Notes under the pieces: generated by a model
The model's input: only the letters and a program-made list of their open reading frames with translations
Database searches by the model: none
What the model was told of the DNA's origin: nothing
Origin: Chromera velia
Lineage: Eukaryota
Length of the DNA: 64,000 bases
NCBI GenBank assembly: GCA_018398765.1
Contig: JAHBMJ010000101.1
Coordinates: 1-64,000 of the forward strand
Direction of reading: 5' to 3'
Position numbers and translations under genes: made by a program
In this document: piece after piece, positions 36,995 to 48,833 of the stretch
Layout of the letters: every line of letters begins with the position of its first letter
How positions within the stretch are numbered: the first letter of the stretch is position 1

Positions 36995-39900
36995 CTCCAC
37001 AGGTCTTTGAGCAGATGTTTAGAGGCCTGCTGACCGGTAATGCTGAGGCAGTCCGGGCAGCTGTGGAAATGGGGAATAGATGGAGTCCGGGAGGTCCACA
37101 AACGAGCGGAGAGGCACAGCTCAAGGCTAAAGCCTCTCCCTCTCCTCCGCAGGTACGCCCATCTTCACCCATTGTACCGCATCCTGAAGCCAGTTCGTCA
37201 AGCCAACACGCTCCTTTGCCCACGTAGCAGCAGGAGGCCCCGGCCCCCCAACAGCCTCAACAGTACGGTGATCCTCCGGAGCATCACCGTCCTGTTCTTA
37301 CATCCCACCTGCAGATAGTGGAGTCTGTTCTCTGCCCTGTACCTGATTTCTCAAGGCGGGGCATTCAGAACCAGGTGGCTAGGTTGCCTGATAGACAATC
37401 CAACCGCCCGAGGCTGTTGAAACCTCTGATGTTGAATGGCTGTCCCTTGGCCTACACATCAGAGATTGGGCACGGGGAGAGGGAGAGACCGAACGGTCTG
37501 GCTGTTGATGCTAGGCAGCTGTGGAGGGGGTTCTGCAGTTGCCCTAATGGCAGGAGGAGGTTCTATACAGTGAGTCGGACCCGTTTTGATGACACCCTGT
37601 GGGGCAGCCATCTGCCGGGTAACCTCGGGAATAGGCACTGGTCCCAGTGCTACTCAATGATTCCCGAGGTGGCATAAGTCACTTGTAGGCAGGTGCATAA
37701 CTCGGCTAAGGTCCAGCTTCCATATGGGTGGGGGGAGTATGCTACTCCCTATCCCCGAGATGTTGTCGATAGGATTTGACAGCATCAGCCGACCTGAATG
37801 TCGGTGTCTGAGGACCTTGACTTTGTCAGGACAGAGTATGTTGCCCGTCTCCGTCCTAACAGGAAGCAGAGGTTTGATGCGTACTATAACAAGTACGTTC
37901 AACTTGTCCATCAGCTCAGTGATGAGAAGTTCCCCACCGGGAATGATACGTACTGCACCCTCTGTAGGGATGAGCACCTGGTCTACTTCCCTTTCCACAG
38001 GAGAGATGATCACCTGGACGGTGAAAACGGCTGTGAGGTCGCTCTATGTGGGGAGGCCCCCCACTCCTATCACACCGCTCAGTAGAATTTTAGAAATCTC
38101 AGGTTTCCTACCCTCCGCTATCCAGGATGGAGGCTGCCTCCTCTTCCGGCGGTCCAGGACTGTGGCTCCAGAAGAAGGGGTAGAGACGGTGGTGGCAAAG
38201 GGGGTGGGGGAAGGGGAAGTCCCCCTCCAGGAGGGAGGGGGTCCGGTGGATCAGCTGGTGGTTCCTCTGCGGGTAGGGGAAGGGGATCCTCTGCGCCCCG
38301 GGGAGGCCGGGGAGGGGGTAGCGCTAACCCCTCAGGTCCCGGAAGCAGGAGCCAGGGGCCAAGTCGTGGACAGAGGAATCCGGGGAGGGGGTAGAGACCG
38401 CAGGGGAGGGGTATGGTGAGCCAAGCATGCTCGTTTCTTCGGTCATGCCTCAAAGACCCCTCCACTTCCCCATCACAGAAGTCTGTCCGTTTCTCTCTCC
38501 CTGATTCTCCTGTAGGGGGGAAAGCAGATAGGGAGAGGGAAAGGAGAAAATAGAAGGCGCAGGAGTCCCGTGCAAAGGACAGGGAGGAAGGGGCGTCTCT
38601 TCGGAAGTCGTCCGTCTCTTCTGCTTCGACTGTGCAGACCGTGATGGAGAGGTTCTCCCCCAGACCCTGGGAGACCGGGCCGAGGCTCGCTCCCGAGGGT
38701 AATCCTCCGGACCCCTGGTGGCCAACCCTTCCCATCTATGGACTAGGTACCGCCTATGGGTTGGTCTACCCCCCTAATATGCCGTATGAGCCTTTTCCCA
38801 CCACGTGGACTAATTCTGCCATAGGGAAGGAGGAAGAGGTCAAGCATTAGAGGAGGGTGGGCTACTCCCCAACTTGGTATGAGGCTGAAGCACCGTGGAC
38901 GTCTGGGGGGTCGCACAAGCAGCAGGTGCATTTTGATCCCGTCTTTGACTCGGACGAGATCTCCCCTGAGCACTCAGGCCCATACACTAAAATAATGCCT
39001 GAGACGGAGCTCACTCCCAAGCCAGCTGCCATATCTAAGAAGCAGACACGGGATGGTTCTCTCGACTGGGAAAGATACTTCTGGCCTGGTGGTGAGGTCA
39101 CGGATGTTGACAACCCCCATGACTTCGGCACCTATGGGAGGGTGTTCAGCTCTTTGCGTGACCTTGGTTATGCTGGAGAGCCGAGCTCCCAGGAGATCTC
39201 AGCTCCGGAGTTGGGGGGAAGGCGTATGACTGAGCATGTCAAACATGCGGAGAAGAGCAGGATTGTGCATGGGAAACACGTGCACAAGGACAGGTTTGGG
39301 TACGATCCAGGTCCCCCGAACATGCCAAGTCCTCCTCCCGGTTGGCAGATCCGGTTCGAGTCCTTCCCCGACACCCCTCCTCCTCTTCCTCGCCTCACAG
39401 CAGCACCTAGGGAAGGAGGGTTCTTTGGGTAGCCCTCTCCCCTTCGTCTCAGTCCCGCCTTTTCCGTCCCCTCTGGTGCCGATGTGGTTAAGATCGGGTC
39501 GGAAGCAGGGGCAGATCCATGGCAGAGTGACTGGGAGGACAGAGTGGAGGAGGCGAACGCCCCCCCTTTCTCTTTGCTGCATTAGAGCAACCCTCTGGTC
39601 CCGAATACTGACAAGATACATCGAACGCAGGCCAGAGAGGTCATAAAGGGAGCTCTGATCGAGCGCAGAAGGGAGATGGAGGCAGTGTGTGTGTCAGGCA
39701 CAACGACGAAGAAGATCGGGATTTCCACCCTCCGACCGGACCTTTGGTCTGAAAATCCGAGGGATTTCAAGTTGGGTGAGTTAGATGGGACGGTCAGGAA
39801 GGGAAGGGTGTTGGAGTATTTTAACCTTGCAGATGGGAGGATCCCTGAGGGGGTCTTCAGCAAGATCACCCACTGCTTGCAAGTTCCACATCAGCTCCGA

Positions 39901-42900
39901 CAGCCTGCCGCAGAAAGCCTCGCAAACGGAAGGCAGGATGGGGGGATTGATGGAGTGGAAGAGAGTGGGGGGATCCCATCTGAGTCAGAGAGGAATCCTC
40001 CTGGTAGTGATGTGGCTGAGGCCACCGACCAGGGGGAGTTGGATGAGGAGAGGCAGGTGCAGGAGGTTGAAATCGACGATGTCGATGTTGTGCCTGCCTC
40101 CCCTCAGAGCTTGGATGGTCCGGTTATGTCCCTGTTTGATCAGGTTGTTGAGGGGAGGTCGCTTGTCCATCTGTGTTGATTGCCCTGGGGGGTATGTTGC
40201 TTCCCCGGGAGGGAACCAGTCAGTCGGTAGGCCCCCCGGTCAGAAGGGACCGATGGCAGGGTCCCCTTTGTCTCTACTGCCTTCGCCCAAAGAAGAAGCC
40301 GCCATCCCCTCCCAGGGATCCCTCACACACGCCTAAGCAGCCAAAGAACACTGAGGGGATGTCCAAGTCACAGAAGCGTAGCTTTCGCAGGAGAGCGAAA
40401 GCATTCTTCTCCTCAGTTCTCCAAGGAGCAGCTAAGATTCTTCATGTGGCCTCCCGCGCAGGGAACGATGGGTCGTCCTCTTCAGAAGACGAGGGAGGTA
40501 ACAGGGCCCCCGTGGGGGAGGTTAGGCAAGGGAAGGGCGGGAGGTAGGATAAGGGAGTAAAGAGGAAAAAGGGGCCCATTGAGATGGATGATGAGGTAAA
40601 GGAGACAGTCAGAGGATTCAAGAAGGGGTCCACCCAGGTCCCTGCCTCTGCTGAGGATGTGGCTAGCGGGGCCTTTAAGCAGGCCTGCCTTTCCGAGTGG
40701 GCCAATAACATCGTAGGCAACGATATACTCGGAAAGGAAGTCATGCACCAGCAGGTTAAGGCAGTGGTCAAGATAGGGTGGCGCCTCACGTGGAAGGAGC
40801 AGGAGGGGAAGCCGAGGAAGCCCAAGACGCGGTTTTTCGGCAAGGGGTTCACTGATCACAGGAAAGTGGACACCTATGTCGGTACTCCCCCCCTGTGGGT
40901 TATTTGTACGATGATCCTCTTCTGCATTTCTTAGGGGTATGAGATCGATGCCGCCGATGTAACAGCAGCATTTCTCACCTCAAGGGACCACAATGTCGAG
41001 TGCATTGGGGCCCTTATCCCTGAGAGTATCCCTGATCTCCCTGCTGAGTGTCCGTTCCCCGACATAACACAGAAGGAGTGGGAGGAGCGCCAAAGGAAGG
41101 CTGCCCAGTTCAAGCCAGGTAAGATCTACCTGGTAGAAATGGGGCTGTATGGGTTACCCTGCGCTGCAGCCCTCTTCGATGCCAAGCTCCTGTCTGTGAT
41201 GACAGAGTTGGGGTTCCAGAGGCTTGAGACTGGTCTCGCTGTCAAAAAGGATGACAGGGGGAACACAACAGCCGTCGTAGCCTCCTGGATCGACGACCTC
41301 CTTGCCGGCACAAAAGCAGCAGCACTGACGCCCCTGATGGACTCCTTAGACAAGAAGTTGGGGTTTGGCAGCCGTGTGTCCATTGTCCCAGGCAGTACCC
41401 ATAAGTTCTCGGGTATTGACATTGAGAAGGAACATGGGGGGGACATTGTGTTGTCGTAGGAGTCATATCTTGCGCAGTGCAATACGGACTCCCTATGGAC
41501 CCTTCTAGGGGAGAAGCGGCCCGCCAAAATCCGAGCTCTGACGTCCAAGGATGTGGAGTTGGAGGAAGGGGAGGAGGGAGACGCTCATTGGGAGGGCCCC
41601 CTGAGGGCGGCTCTCGGCACACTGCAGTGGGCCGTACGTCTCAACCCCCTCCATACCGTCTGGGCTTCCATAGCCGCCAAGTCAGTCTCCAAGCCCTCTA
41701 GAAAGGTTTTCAAGGAGGTGGTTCGGTTGATTGACATGTTGAAGGCGCAGAAGGAGGGTCGGAGGTTTTCTTTAGTGGGAGACACCCCCCATATCCACTG
41801 CTTCACTGACTATGGAAGACACGCAGCAATCTACACCGGAAGGATGGGATGGTTGGTCCGTATTCTCCCGGGGCCTCAAGGGATGAAGGTGGAGGAAGAC
41901 CTGTTTGAGAACTGGGTGCTCTGGCACACCGCCAGAACCACCAAGAAGATCTTGAGTAGGACGGCCGGGGAGTTGATGGCAGTCGAGTCTTGTGTAAAGA
42001 AGGTGGGGAGGCTTATTGTGCTGGTAGGAAAGTTGTAGAACTGCCAGGCTGAGCCTCCCGTCTTCATCCATATTGACTGTGGTCCTGTCTACGACCAGAT
42101 GCACTCTGGGGCGGCAGACAGCGATCATACGATGCAAGGGTGCCTTGACTTCTGCATCCAAGAGCAGAAAACCATGGGTGCCACTCTCCGGTGGATTCCC
42201 AGGAACCTCCAGATCGCCAACGTCCTCACCAAGTACGCATGGTGGGGACAGGAGCTCTCCTGAGGGAGAGCTCGGCAGTAAAGGAATGCCCTCTTCCCTA
42301 TTTTGATTGTATCTGTTATCTCCCTAAGGGGGGGTAATGGGAAGAGCAGGGGGCATGCGGAATAGGGAAGTAAGAAGTTCGTATTCTCCTCCTCCTCCAT
42401 TGTTGTTCCAGAAGTTGCAGCGTCAAAGAAATGAGCTGAAGGAGGAGGGGAGGGAAAGAAGAGGAGAAAAGGAAGTGAGGGGGGCAGCGTACTGAGGCAC
42501 ACTGGCTCCTGTTCTCTCCCCCCTGTCCGGTCAGATAGGGTGACACGCAGCAGTATCGTGTGCCCAGCCCTACGTCTGGAAGGAACGCTACGTCCGTGAC
42601 AAGAAGGCGAGAGAGAATAAAGGACGAAACGAAGATAGAGGTACGGAGGCAACCATATGAAAGGCGGGGTCATATTGGAATGAAAGGGGGTGATCGATGG
42701 AGATGGAGGTGGGAGTGGGGGAAGTGCACACGAGTAATGATGCCACCTCCCCCCATCGCCATCTTTGGGTTATAAAGGTGGGGGAAACCTGTCTCCTACC
42801 CCTCTGCTTGTTGTTTCCCACCCCTCCCGCCCGTCAGTTCTCGGGTTCCTCTGTGTTTGTATTGTGGTCTTACCCCTTACGCCTCTCAGCTATCTCCGAT

Positions 42901-42948
42901 CGGCTGGGGGGTGGAGTTTGGTGTGGAGCCGACCAGTAGCTACACGCC

Positions 42949-42959
42949 GTGAGGGGGTG
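42949..42959 (+). other. Polypurine tract (GTGAGGGGGTG) abutting the 3' LTR
   Basis: Copia-typical GAGGGGG tract directly before the TG of the 3' LTR. Confidence 0.8.
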
Positions 42960-43480
42960 TGTCAGACCGCGCGGGTCCGAGGTCATGGTGGGAGCAGTGG
43001 CCAGGCCTGGCGGGGTGATACACACTGTGATCCTGGCCGGTGAGCCGGACCAGGACATCATTCATGATTGGGATTTATATCGGCACGGCTCTGTACGGCA
43101 CGGATGGCAGTACCGCAGGATCGTTACCAGGCATGCGTGCAGGAGGGTGTGTCATGGGAAATTCCTGACCGTTATTCCCGAGCCACCTGATTGATCAGAT
43201 AGACAGTCAGATATCCATAGATGTTGTATGATTATGTAGGTCTGTACTGATATCTCTTTATATGTTCTGTATACGATATGTGTCAAGGAGGACTCTAGGG
43301 TTACATAGAGTCCTACAGAGTGAGATTATTAGACACTTGTTCTCTGAGGAGCCCGGCCCAGTCTCCATATCGGTCCTGATAGAGACTGGGCCTTACCTGT
43401 GAGTGTAGAGGTCACTAGGACCTGACGCTGGTGAGCCAGCCCCACATTCTGAGAGCGTGCATGTACGTGCTCGTTTTCAC
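42960..43480 (+). repeat. 3' LTR (521 bp)
   Basis: Direct repeat of 27110-27630. Confidence 0.95.
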
Positions 43481-44380
43481 TGGTCATATCATGCAATGCA
43501 AAAGCTTCTTTCTAAATTAAAAAAACACTTTTTGCATTTTAAAATCTTCTTCCTTCTCATGTTTTTTCACCATTCTCATCTCCGTTTTCTCTTTTCTCTG
43601 TCTTTTTTATCTTTTGTCATTCCTCTCTAGATTCTTTTTTAGTCCCAGTTCTGGTCTAACTTCTGGACTAGCTTTCTCTACTCAATTAACGTAGTACTCC
43701 TCCGAGTCTCTCTTAGCTATAATGAACTGCCACTTAGCCTTGTGAATGCTAAACAGCCTGAGTTCTGATAGGACAGAATCAGTCTATCGCAAAAGGGGCT
43801 GCCCCACCGTAGGCCCTACCGGACGACCTCTATAAATGCCGTCGCCATCTAGATCGTCATTAGCCTATATAGCTAAGCGCCCTTTTCTACTGTTCAAAAA
43901 ATAATTATTTTTTTCTTTTGTGGTTAAAGCCGGTGAGACAACCCCTTAATTGGGCTCTAACCAACTCGACTATGTCATGAAAGTTCAGTTAGCATCCATT
44001 CACCAGTGTGTGAATCACCACTAGATTCACCATCATTCACAGTTAGAAGTGTACATGACTGGTCACTGGTAACATGAGGCAATGCTGAGAGCTAGACCCT
44101 CATTTGTCGCTCAATGAAAAGTCGATCGCTTCTCAAGTTGCTGATTTTGTATATGACCGTTTGAGATTCAGGAATTAAGCCACCCCGGTCTGGCTACCCG
44201 CTTTTCCTTCCCGAAATGAAACCACATCAACCAGGGCCTGCGCTCACATTCTTTGTCCCTCGTTATCCTCTCGGCGCAGCTCCACCTCGAGCATCTTTCA
44301 ACGTTCTTCCCATGAGAATGTGGGCGGGCGTCAGCGAAAAAGCAAAATGCGTGGCCTTGTTGCATGGGAAGATGTCCCTT

Positions 44381-45614
44381 TCAATGTCGCTTCTCTTTCT
44401 GTGCTGGAGCCGTTCCAGAGGGTCCGCTTGCCGTCCCAAACGGGGGGGAATGGGCAGATGAAGGACGAGGAGCAAACGTCCCACCCCCTGGAGAAGAAGG
44501 AGCAGGAAGTTCGGGGAGAGGTGGGGGAGCTGTAGGCTCACCCTCTTTGCCTCTTTTCGGACCAACGGCTGCAGACTCTGAGGCGGTCGGAGGGGGAGGG
44601 GCAGCAGCCTTTGGGACAGAAGATGAGGCGAGTGAGGAGCCTGCCGGGGAGGGAAGAGAACTGCATGGGGGCAAAACGGGACGCACATCCAGGGGGCCCG
44701 GCCCCGGCGGTCCCCTTGCGGCCGCAGCTGCCGTAGAGGAGACAGAGACAGGAGGTGCTGCTTCGGCTGTGGAGCGGGGGGGCGAGGGGGCGAGACGGGC
44801 AACGCCTGTGGAAGCGTCTTGAGGCGGAGACGGGGAGGGGGGAAGGGGACCGGGGCGTCTCTGTACAAAACCCCCGGGGTCCGGTGCGCCGCCGCCTGTT
44901 CCTCTGGCAATGGGGGGAAAGGGTGAAGGAGGGGGGGAAGGGGGCGGAGGGGGAGGGGGGCTTACTGGAGGTGAGTGGTGCTGTGGGTGTTGGTGTGGGT
45001 GTGTGTGGACTCCGTGTGTGTGTGTTTGCTGAATTTGTTGCTGCTGTTGTTGGACCAGCCGTTGGTGTTCCTTGAGTTCCTCTCGTTGATGCTCTGGGAT
45101 GAACCTGAAAGGGGGGGGGGGGCAGAGGTGGCAACAAAGAAAGGAGCACGTGGACTGAGCAAAGGACGAGAACGTTTCCTTGTCTTTCCTGAAAAACGTT
45201 TCCCCCCCGAGTTCACAAAGAAAAGAGCAAAGAGGAGAAAGAACAGATTCTGTGACACGGTCATCTAGTACGAATGCCTCTCTTCGTGCATGCAACCTTC
45301 TTTTCGTTAGCGCTCTCCTACTGTTTCGCTGGCTGCCGCCTATCCCATTTCCAGGTTCCGGGTGGTGGAGGAAAAAAGAAAAGGGGGTCGAACGTCTCGT
45401 GTGTCTGATGTTCTGTCTTTTCCTGGTGCTCTGACTCAGTGCTGCCCTACCTTCCATATGAGGGACGGTGTCACTAATAAACGAAGACTGACATCAGCTT
45501 GAGAAGGGGAGGGTCGATTCTCATTCTCTCTCTTTGTCGCTCTCTGACTGAGTGATTCATAGCTTTACCGATTGACTGATCGACAGACACCAAGCTTGAT
45601 GAACGAACGAACGA

Positions 45615-45647
<33 letters not shown>

Positions 45648-47272
45648 TCAGGTTCAGAAGGGGAAGGTCCGGAATCTCCTGAGCGTGCGGCATCTGGTTG
45701 AGCAGCGCCTTCAACTCAATCAAGTGCAATCTGCACATGCATGCACACAAAAACGCACAGACACACATACACATGTAATATGTACAAGCCAAACATGAGT
45801 GAAACAAAGAAAAAGAGATTACCGAGAAAATGAAGAGAGATCAAGTTCTCGGGTATTGTTCTTGATCAATTGATCGATCAGTCAATCTGTGGTGCATGCA
45901 CGCAGCGTCCGTTTACTCCTTTTTTGTTTGTTTGTTTGCTTGTTTCTGGTTTTTTGTTGGAGCCTCGATTTCGTCTACTTATTCTTCCTCGCGGACTGAC
46001 TGACTGACTGACTGACTGATTGACTGACTGACTGACAGGAAGTGTTTCATGATCACTTCGTTCCCCTCCAGTCTACTCCTCTCTATTCTCGAGTCAAGGT
46101 AATGGAGGAGCTGCTCTGCCCGGAGAAGGGGGACCAGGGCCTCCTCGGAGACGAACCTGCTGTCCAACTGCACGCACGCACGTATGCAGAAAAGAAAGAA
46201 TTGAGGTTTGTCTATCCATCTACCTGTCTGTATGTATGTATGCATGTATGTGGATATGTGGATACTTGGGTGTGCAGATGAATCTGCTCTATAAGAAGTG
46301 CACGGCACAAGGGGGGAGGATCGACGAAGAGAGGAAGAGATGAAGAAAAACAGACAGAAATATAGAACGATGCTTTGCATGTCTGCATATCTGTCTGCGA
46401 GTCCCTCCATCGATGTTTATCAAAGTCTCTGTTCACCCCGCCCGCTCTGTTCATCAATTTATTCCCTCCCTTCTTGATCCAAGAATCTACCTTTAAAAAA
46501 ATTCCGTCGGTCGGCAGTTTGTCAGTCCCCCAATAGCAACAATAACAATGCTCTTGTGTATTTCAACCACAATTCCACTCTCTTCTCGCTGCCTAATTCT
46601 TTCAGGGCAATGCCGCCTTTCTTTCCTTCTTCGAAAGTCCCTCTCGCTGTCCCCCCAAAAAACAGGTCCCCATTTCAATTTCAAAAGTGCCGACGTGACA
46701 CCGACGGATACACCCCGCTGAGACCCCCCCCCGCACCAACCTCTTCCAATGCCTTCAGAGAGTCGGCACTGCACAAATACAGCCAGACAAACAAACAAAG
46801 TGTCCTTTAGCTTCTTTTCTTTCTCTTCACTGACTAACAGACAGATCGTTCTTTGTTTTCTTTCTTCTCTTTCACGCAGGCAGAAGAAATGTGCAAGGGA
46901 CGGGACACGAAGGCAAGGCGGCAAGGAAGAAGTAGACAGGAAAAGCAGGACAGACAAAAGAAAATAAAAGGAAACAAAACAGGGAAGAACGTTGCGGGGG
47001 GGCAGGGAGACAGCGAGTGCATGCGCACGCGAGGTTGAGATAGAGCCACACCAACAAAGATAGGGACAGCAGGACAAACAAAAAGAAACACCGACTCACA
47101 AACCGACCTAGCAGCCAGTGCTTTCTGTGCTTGGAAAACTTTCATTTCCTGCAGAGAAACAAACGTTTGAGGAAGTGAAAGATCAAAGAACAAAGAAGCC
47201 AAACACATCCAACGCATTTGAATCGGTCAACTGGTCAATCAGTAACACCGAAAACGCGACACTTTCTCTCCT

Positions 47273-47309
<37 letters not shown>

Positions 47310-47961
47310 GCGCGCGCGCGTGTGTGTGTATCTGTGTGTGTGGTGGTGGTGGGGTTGTCGGTCGTCCGTTTCTCTGAGCGCACTCGCTGGTTGGGCAGGC
47401 AGGAGACAGAGACTGCGACACAGAGACGGACACTCGGACAGACAAAGTCTGAGGCAGAGGCACACATCGAAACAGCTCTAGAGAGAGGCCGCGACACAAA
47501 GGGGGGGCATTATACCTCCGGGGCGCCCCGTCTCTACTGGCTACCCATCTATCCGGCCGATCAACTGGACTAGCTCTCCTTCTCTTCATTCCGAAAAATG
47601 GTCGTGCCTCAAAGGCAGACAGACGGACAGACAGACTGAGGAACGGGGTGGGACAAAAACGCAGAGAAACGCCAAGGGCCTGCGTCAGCAAGTAACGATA
47701 AACTGATCGAGTGGCTTCTTCTAACCTACAGCGACGGACTGACAGACCGTCTGGAGGAGATGGCGAAGACGCACAGCGATGTCCCGAATGCTCCTGTTGG
47801 GAAGGTGTCTCTTCAGCTGCATTCGTGCGTACAGACAAGGAAGGAGGCAGAAAAGGAGAAGGATCGAGAAACAGGCATACGTACATGCATACATATAGAC
47901 TACGTGTCTACATGTTTCAGACAGACGGTCAAATAGACAAGCAAACAGACACACGCACACA

Positions 47962-48025
<64 letters not shown>

Positions 48026-48833
48026 GAGAGAAAGAGAGAAAGAGAGAAAGAGAGAGAGATTCAGGCTGGAAATAGACAATGCAGAGGGCATAAGTGCAGA
48101 CCACCCCTCCACGCATTGCCTGACTGGCGCTGCATTGCTTGATATCATTCGGCAAGAATCAATCGTGTGTATGCCAGTGTGCATCGGAACAGAAAGGAGA
48201 GGAGAGAAGAGATAAATTGAAAGAGAGTTTTGACTCGATATTCAGCAGTCGGAACGAACATTCCACGAAGAGTGCGAGCACGCGAAATCCGATCATACCA
48301 GACCAGAGCGAGGCCTGCCTGAAGAGAAGTGAAACGCCCATGCAAAGCCGTGTGGGAGGGAGATCGTCTCTCATGCATGCGGCAACATCTTCAGGAGAAG
48401 GAAGCCAGGCAGGGAGGGGAATTTTTTTTTCTGCCATGCAAACGACCAAGAGTACACTAGCTCTTGTGCATGTCCGTCTCATTTGAGCACAATTCTCCAT
48501 TTCGCTAGGTTCCTGGTGTGTCAGAAGATTTCTTTGAGGAATGCAAAACCAATCGCAGCCAAGAATATAATCTGATTCAGGAATATTATCCCTCACCATC
48601 ATGCACCGATCCACCAGGTTCCAGGTGTCTGAAGGAATCTCCCTGAGGGCGTTGAAGAAGACTGTCTTTTCCTTCTCGTCCCAGCCCGTCTCCGGATCGC
48701 AGGGAGAGACGAAGTAATAGCCCTCCTCCTCTTCTTCCTCTTCGTTCTCGTGCTCGTGCTCTTGATCCTGAGCATGAGGGTCAACACGGCCCAAGCCGCC
48801 AGGACCCTCCGCACTCTCGTACTCTTCCTGCAT
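44381..48833 (-). CDS. SANT/Myb-like + DUF3755-like protein with a Q/H/P-rich tail; 7 exons
   Basis: Phase-consistent exons: 48833-48597, 47816-47748, 47148-47108, 46768-46741, 46167-46037, 45730-45647, 45104-44381. The spliced product contains GWDEKEKTVFFNALREIPSDTWNLVDRCMMLKRHLPNRSIRDIAVRLRHL (SANT-like) and NEVIMKHFLLHLIELKALLNQMPHAQEIPDLPLLN (DUF3755-like). Confidence 0.75.

Larger units (their letters stand above)
27750..42263 (+). pseudogene. Gag-Pol polyprotein pseudogene (ancestrally one ORF of ~4,300 codons)
   Basis: From the ATG at 27750, ORF fragments at 28023, 28815, 29127, 29916, 30678, 31038, 32715, 33135, 33792 and 34389 share one frame, separated by point stops. The frame shifts after the 1498-bp duplication and returns near 40150. 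Motifs: zinc knuckle CDGCGWLGHKRSMC (~29500), protease FEVDSAC (~32980), integrase IDSVF/VCDLAKEF/GRTERAN (34025-34360), RT DVTAAFL..GLYGL..SWIDDLL (40950-41305), RNase H FTD..GELMAV..HIDC..QIANVLTK (41800-42235). Confidence 0.9.
27110..43480 (+). mobile_element. Giant (16.4 kb) full-length Ty1/Copia-order LTR retrotransposon, inactivated
   Basis: 521-bp direct LTRs, PBS, PPT and flanking direct repeat TGGTCA (27104-27109, 43481-43486). Internal order is Gag zinc knuckle, protease, integrase, RT, RNase H. Confidence 0.95.

Noticed and set aside
29900..40600. DNA methyltransferase or envelope cargo in the retroelement
   Set aside because: No convincing FxGxG/PC/ENV motif set and no signal peptide plus TM env pattern was seen by eye; an HMM search is needed to exclude them.
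27750..42263. Stop-codon reassignment or readthrough to explain the many in-frame TAG/TGA/TAA
   Set aside because: The duplicated copies show CAG/CGA in one copy and TAG/TGA in the other. Host exons have no internal stops and terminate at TGA/TAA.
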